64,000 nt of DNA from assembly GCA_964454835.1 (NCBI GenBank), contig CAYVTU010000011.1, positions 26,243 through 90,242 of the forward strand, written 5' to 3'. Both the position numbers and the translations under genes were made by a program. The first letter of the stretch is position 1, and each line of letters starts with the position of its first letter. The notes under the pieces were generated by a model. It did not search any database. It saw nothing but the letters and a program-made list of their open reading frames with translations, and was not told the origin of the DNA. Source of the DNA: an uncultured Brachyspira sp. Its GTDB lineage: Bacteria; Spirochaetota; JAAYUW01. Shown piece after piece: positions 60,573 through 64,000 of this stretch.

Positions 60573-60590
60573 TAATAAAAGGAGTCACAA

Positions 60591-61823
60591 ATGGTAAATA
60601 CAGACGAGGCTCTTATTCAACAAAGAAAAAGAGCAATTTTCTTAATTATTATTTTTGGTATCATTAGCTTACTCGGAGATATAATTTATGAAGGAGCAAG
60701 AAGCATATATGGACCTTATACCAAATCTATTGGAATGGATATTGCTCTTGTTGGCTTAATTACTGGTCTCGCAGAATTTTTTGGCTACTTTATTAGACTG
60801 GTTTCAGGATATCTATCCGATAAATCCAGAAATTACTGGTTATTTACTATAATAGGTTATTTCTTGCTTATTACCGTACCATTAATGGCGATATCTTCAA
60901 CCTGGCAAATTATCAGTATATTTATTATCTTTGAAAGAATTGGTAAAGCCATTCGATCCCCAGCAAAAGACACAATTTTATCTTCTGCTACGAAACATGT
61001 TGGCACTGGCTTTGGATTTGCCATACATGAGGCAATGGATCAGATAGGAGCAGTCATTGGACCTCTAGCTTTTAGCTTAATTCTTCTATTGACTAAAAAA
61101 AATGGAAGTGAAATAATCGGCTATAAAAATGCTTTTCTTTCAATGCTTTTACCATTTGCTATTTTGATGATCTTTCTACTCTTAGCAAAAGTGAAAGTAC
61201 CTCATCCTGATAAACTTGAGATTGTTGATGAAAAAATAACAGAAAAATTGTCAAAAACATTCTGGTTATACTCATTCTTTACAATATTCACAACTATGGG
61301 ATTTATAACTTTCGCAATCATAGGTTATTATTTCAAAGAAAAAAATATATTAACCGATCCTCAAATACCATTTTTCTATGCTATAGGTATGGGTATAGAT
61401 GCTGTTGCTGCTTTAATAATAGGAAAAATATATGATAAAATGAAAGAAAAATATCAAAATTCCAGTTCGGGACTAAATGTTCTTATTACAATACCATTAT
61501 TTACAATATTAATACCATTTTTTGCATTCAAAGGCAATTTTATTACTGCAATTATAAGTATATTAATCTGGGGTATTGTCATGGGTTGTCATGAAACAAT
61601 CATGAAATCAGCAATTGCTGATTTGACTCACTTGAAGAAAAGAGGAACAGGTTATGGAATTTTTAACACATTTTATGGACTTTCTATATTTGCAGCGAGT
61701 TCTCTTTTTGGATTTTTATATAAATTTAATATCAACCTTATTATTATAGCTATTATTATTTTTCAATTAATCTCAATTGTCATATATTTTATTATGATAA
61801 AAAACATAAAGAAAAATATTTGA
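60591..61823 (+). CDS. MFS-type transporter
   Basis: 410 aa, about 12 TM segments. Confidence 0.65.
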   Translation: MVNTDEALIQQRKRAIFLIIIFGIISLLGDIIYEGARSIYGPYTKSIGMDIALVGLITGLAEFFGYFIRLVSGYLSDKSRNYWLFTIIGYFLLITVPLMAISSTWQIISIFIIFERIGKAIRSPAKDTILSSATKHVGTGFGFAIHEAMDQIGAVIGPLAFSLILLLTKKNGSEIIGYKNAFLSMLLPFAILMIFLLLAKVKVPHPDKLEIVDEKITEKLSKTFWLYSFFTIFTTMGFITFAIIGYYFKEKNILTDPQIPFFYAIGMGIDAVAALIIGKIYDKMKEKYQNSSSGLNVLITIPLFTILIPFFAFKGNFITAIISILIWGIVMGCHETIMKSAIADLTHLKKRGTGYGIFNTFYGLSIFAASSLFGFLYKFNINLIIIAIIIFQLISIVIYFIMIKNIKKNI

Positions 61824-61845
61824 TTAGTAATTAAATAAAAACTTT

Positions 61846-63507
61846 TTATTTTGTCTTCAAAAATAGAAAAGCAAGAAATTTAGATAGAAATAAGATAGAT
61901 AATATAATTAAATAAATGATTATTGAATCTTTTGTTCTTTCAAATTCATATTCTTGTTGATTTTTTATTGTGTAAATTTCATTTATATCAATATTTTTAA
62001 AATAAAGCTTTTCACCTTTTTTATATAAAATTGATGTACTGTTTGTTTCTAAAATTGATAGATTTTTTATTTTATCTGAGTTGATATTATTAATAAAATT
62101 AATTTGAGAATTATTATTAGTATTTTGCACTAACCCTGAAAGCATATAAAAGTAAATTATAATCTGAGGTTTTAATATAAATTTACTATTAATGTTTATA
62201 GGATAAATATTGGTATCTTTTTTAATATCATTATTAGTATTGTATAATAGATAGTTTTCAAGTATAGGATATCCTGCCTTTTTTAGCAGATTAATTGTTG
62301 CTATTAAATTTTCTTCATTTGCTCCAATTAAAAATCCCCCTGTTAATTCTGGATCAATAATTAAATCTATGTCATTATTGTTAAATTCAATATTAAAGGC
62401 AACAATCTTTTTATCCTTTCTTGATGATTTTCTAATTTTATTTATATATTCTGAAATCGAATCCCCCTGAAAAAAAGCTAAAATTGGAATTCTTTTATTT
62501 TCAATATTAAAACCTCTCTCTTTAAATTTATTAAAAAAACTTTGATAAATTGAATCATTAAAAATAATAGATTTTAAAATATCGGGATATTTACCTTTTG
62601 ATTCTACTAAAAAGGGGATATTTGCAAGATTTATATAATAAGTTTGATTGAATAAACTGACCTTTAAAAGAGTTTTTTCATTTGTTTTAATAATAATTGA
62701 GTTTTCATTATTAAAATCTATTTTAACTTTATCTTCTGCCTTTATAAAAAGCTTTTTTTTATCATATATTTCGACCTTAGGTAAATAGCTTCCTTTAGAT
62801 TTTAAAAATAAACAAAAAATCATATCTGAAAGCGGTTCATATATGATAGAAATTGGATAAAAAAAATCTTTATCTACCTTTCCCATCTCCACAATTTCAA
62901 ATTTTTTCTCAATATTCTGATTAGTATTATAGGGAAAAATATCTGTAAGAAATATTACTTTTTTATATTTATTCAATTTTTTACTTTTAATTAATAGGTC
63001 AACATCAAAATTAAAAGGAAAGAAACTCTTTTGAAAAATATCAGTAAAACTTTTAGGATTAATTATTTTTTTTAGTTTATTGATGGAAACTATCTCTGAT
63101 TTACAATTTTTCTCATTGAATGTTGCAGCAAATATATCAAAAGATTTATAATTATTTTTATGAGTATAATAATATAAAACAGCTTTATCAAATGGAGAGA
63201 TACCATTTATATCTGTTTTCATCATTGAATAAGAACCATCTATGACGAAAGCTACTCTATTTGAAATGTTAATGTTGATAATAAGATTGGCAAAGACAAG
63301 AGAAAGTATTATTGCTATTGTGATATCAAAGATAATATCATAAAACAATTGTATGAGTTTTAATAGAATCTGCTTGAAAGATTGACTTTTGAATCTCTGT
63401 AAAAAAGTAAAAGAATAAGATACTCTTTTTCTTCTTATTTGTCTTACAAATAAAAGTATAAAAATCGGTATAAGTAAAATAGATAAAATAATAAAAAAAT
63501 TATTCAT
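61846..63507 (-). CDS. Membrane-anchored vWA-domain protein (BatA-like)
   Basis: N-terminal TM helix, a basic patch (RRKRV) and a second TM as in BatA. MIDAS-like motif FVIDGSYSM. C-terminal TM. Confidence 0.45.
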   Translation of the reverse strand: MNNFFIILSILLIPIFILLFVRQIRRKRVSYSFTFLQRFKSQSFKQILLKLIQLFYDIIFDITIAIILSLVFANLIININISNRVAFVIDGSYSMMKTDINGISPFDKAVLYYYTHKNNYKSFDIFAATFNEKNCKSEIVSINKLKKIINPKSFTDIFQKSFFPFNFDVDLLIKSKKLNKYKKVIFLTDIFPYNTNQNIEKKFEIVEMGKVDKDFFYPISIIYEPLSDMIFCLFLKSKGSYLPKVEIYDKKKLFIKAEDKVKIDFNNENSIIIKTNEKTLLKVSLFNQTYYINLANIPFLVESKGKYPDILKSIIFNDSIYQSFFNKFKERGFNIENKRIPILAFFQGDSISEYINKIRKSSRKDKKIVAFNIEFNNNDIDLIIDPELTGGFLIGANEENLIATINLLKKAGYPILENYLLYNTNNDIKKDTNIYPININSKFILKPQIIIYFYMLSGLVQNTNNNSQINFINNINSDKIKNLSILETNSTSILYKKGEKLYFKNIDINEIYTIKNQQEYEFERTKDSIIIYLIILSILFLSKFLAFLFLKTK

Positions 63508-64000
63508 ATAGTTTTTCTAAAATTTCCCAATATAAATCTTTCATACTATGCTCAAAACTTTCTTTCTGCAACTGAAAATAAAAAGAATTTAATTGCTTGG
63601 AATTTAACATATTTAAAAATTTTTCCTGTTTATCCTTTAATTCATAATATGTAGATGAATCAAAAGGTATTATCAAAGTATTTTCTTCTTCATAATCTAA
63701 AACTTCATAATCTGTATATGTATTAAAAATCTTTTCAAATGGAGTAAAGAAATGTATTATAAAAAGCTTCTTTAATAAGCTTTTAAATGCAAGTTTATTG
63801 TTTATATCAAAAAAATCAGAAAAAATAAATAAAATTTTAGGTTTGAATTGTTTATATATATTTTTTACAGCAAGGTTAATATCTGTTTTTCCTTCAAATG
63901 AAATTGATTCAATATAGGAAGAAAGTTTTGAATAGTTATTTTCTCCTTTAATCATAGATAAAATTGAACTTATTTGAGAATTAAAAGTAACAATATTCAA
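63500..64000 (-). CDS. Hypothetical protein, 5'-partial (runs off the window end). Possibly the DUF58-like partner of the vWA gene.
   Basis: The open frame overlaps the start of the vWA gene. No motif recognised. Confidence 0.3.
   Translation of the reverse strand: MNIVTFNSQISSILSMIKGENNYSKLSSYIESISFEGKTDINLAVKNIYKQFKPKILFIFSDFFDINNKLAFKSLLKKLFIIHFFTPFEKIFNTYTDYEVLDYEEENTLIIPFDSSTYYELKDKQEKFLNMLNSKQLNSFYFQLQKESFEHSMKDLYWEILEKLYE

Noticed and set aside
1-64000. CRISPR arrays, IS elements, integrases, phage genes
   Set aside because: No regularly spaced direct repeats, no transposase/integrase-like ORFs and no inverted-repeat-bounded segments were seen. The only repeats are short: the 2 x 14-mer at 5054-5082, 2 x taattagaatat at 57040-57075, and homopolymers.

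Overview
Very AT-rich bacterial chromosomal segment, dense with housekeeping genes and with almost no accessory signature. No transposase, integrase, CRISPR array or phage genes were seen. GC content was not computed.

Main content, in window order:
- A flagellar export/basal-body operon on the minus strand (fliI-fliH-fliG-fliF-fliE-flgC, transcription order flgC to fliI). It lacks an adjacent flgB.
- A pseudouridine catabolism pair (psuK-psuG).
- A tmRNA gene (ssrA) and one tRNA-Met (CAU).
- A monomeric [FeFe] hydrogenase, leuS, epmA, ffh, and a compact smc translationally coupled to an lptD-like outer-membrane gene.
- A small SLH/Omp-alpha-like envelope protein and uvrA.
- A recO-like gene followed by corC, ybeY, pgpH and phoH, then bioY, tsaD and an ornithine carbamoyltransferase.
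- htrA, an NlpC/P60 lipoprotein, an RNA-repair neighbourhood (thpR, an unknown 168-aa protein, rtcB), and a five-gene branched-chain amino-acid ABC transporter (liv).
- nfo, fliS, a Maf/DUF115 flagellin-glycosylation gene, an unusual SppA-like protease, tldD/pmbA, an RRM RNA-binding protein, a CPBP protease and crcB with a DUF190 gene.
- A decayed mgtE carrying an N-terminal EIIA-like domain, an MFS transporter and a BatA-like vWA protein.

Most interesting signals read directly from the sequence:
1. Three copies of a Bacillus sigmaD / sigma28-type promoter motif (TAAA-N15-ACCGATAW). One is a perfect architecture in front of fliS, and one is in front of an uncharacterized 341-aa protein, making it a candidate new motility-regulon member.
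2. The ThpR / unknown / RtcB RNA-repair cluster.
3. A multiply disrupted mgtE fused to an EIIA-like domain.
4. A PfkB kinase (psuK) with an intact 308-codon frame but no AUG start.
5. An SppA-like S49 peptidase with an N-terminal domain of about 300 aa that is rich in aromatic and Ser/Asn residues.
6. A leader-peptide-like mini-ORF followed by a hairpin immediately upstream of tsaD.

Products were assigned by eye from motifs; none were checked against databases.
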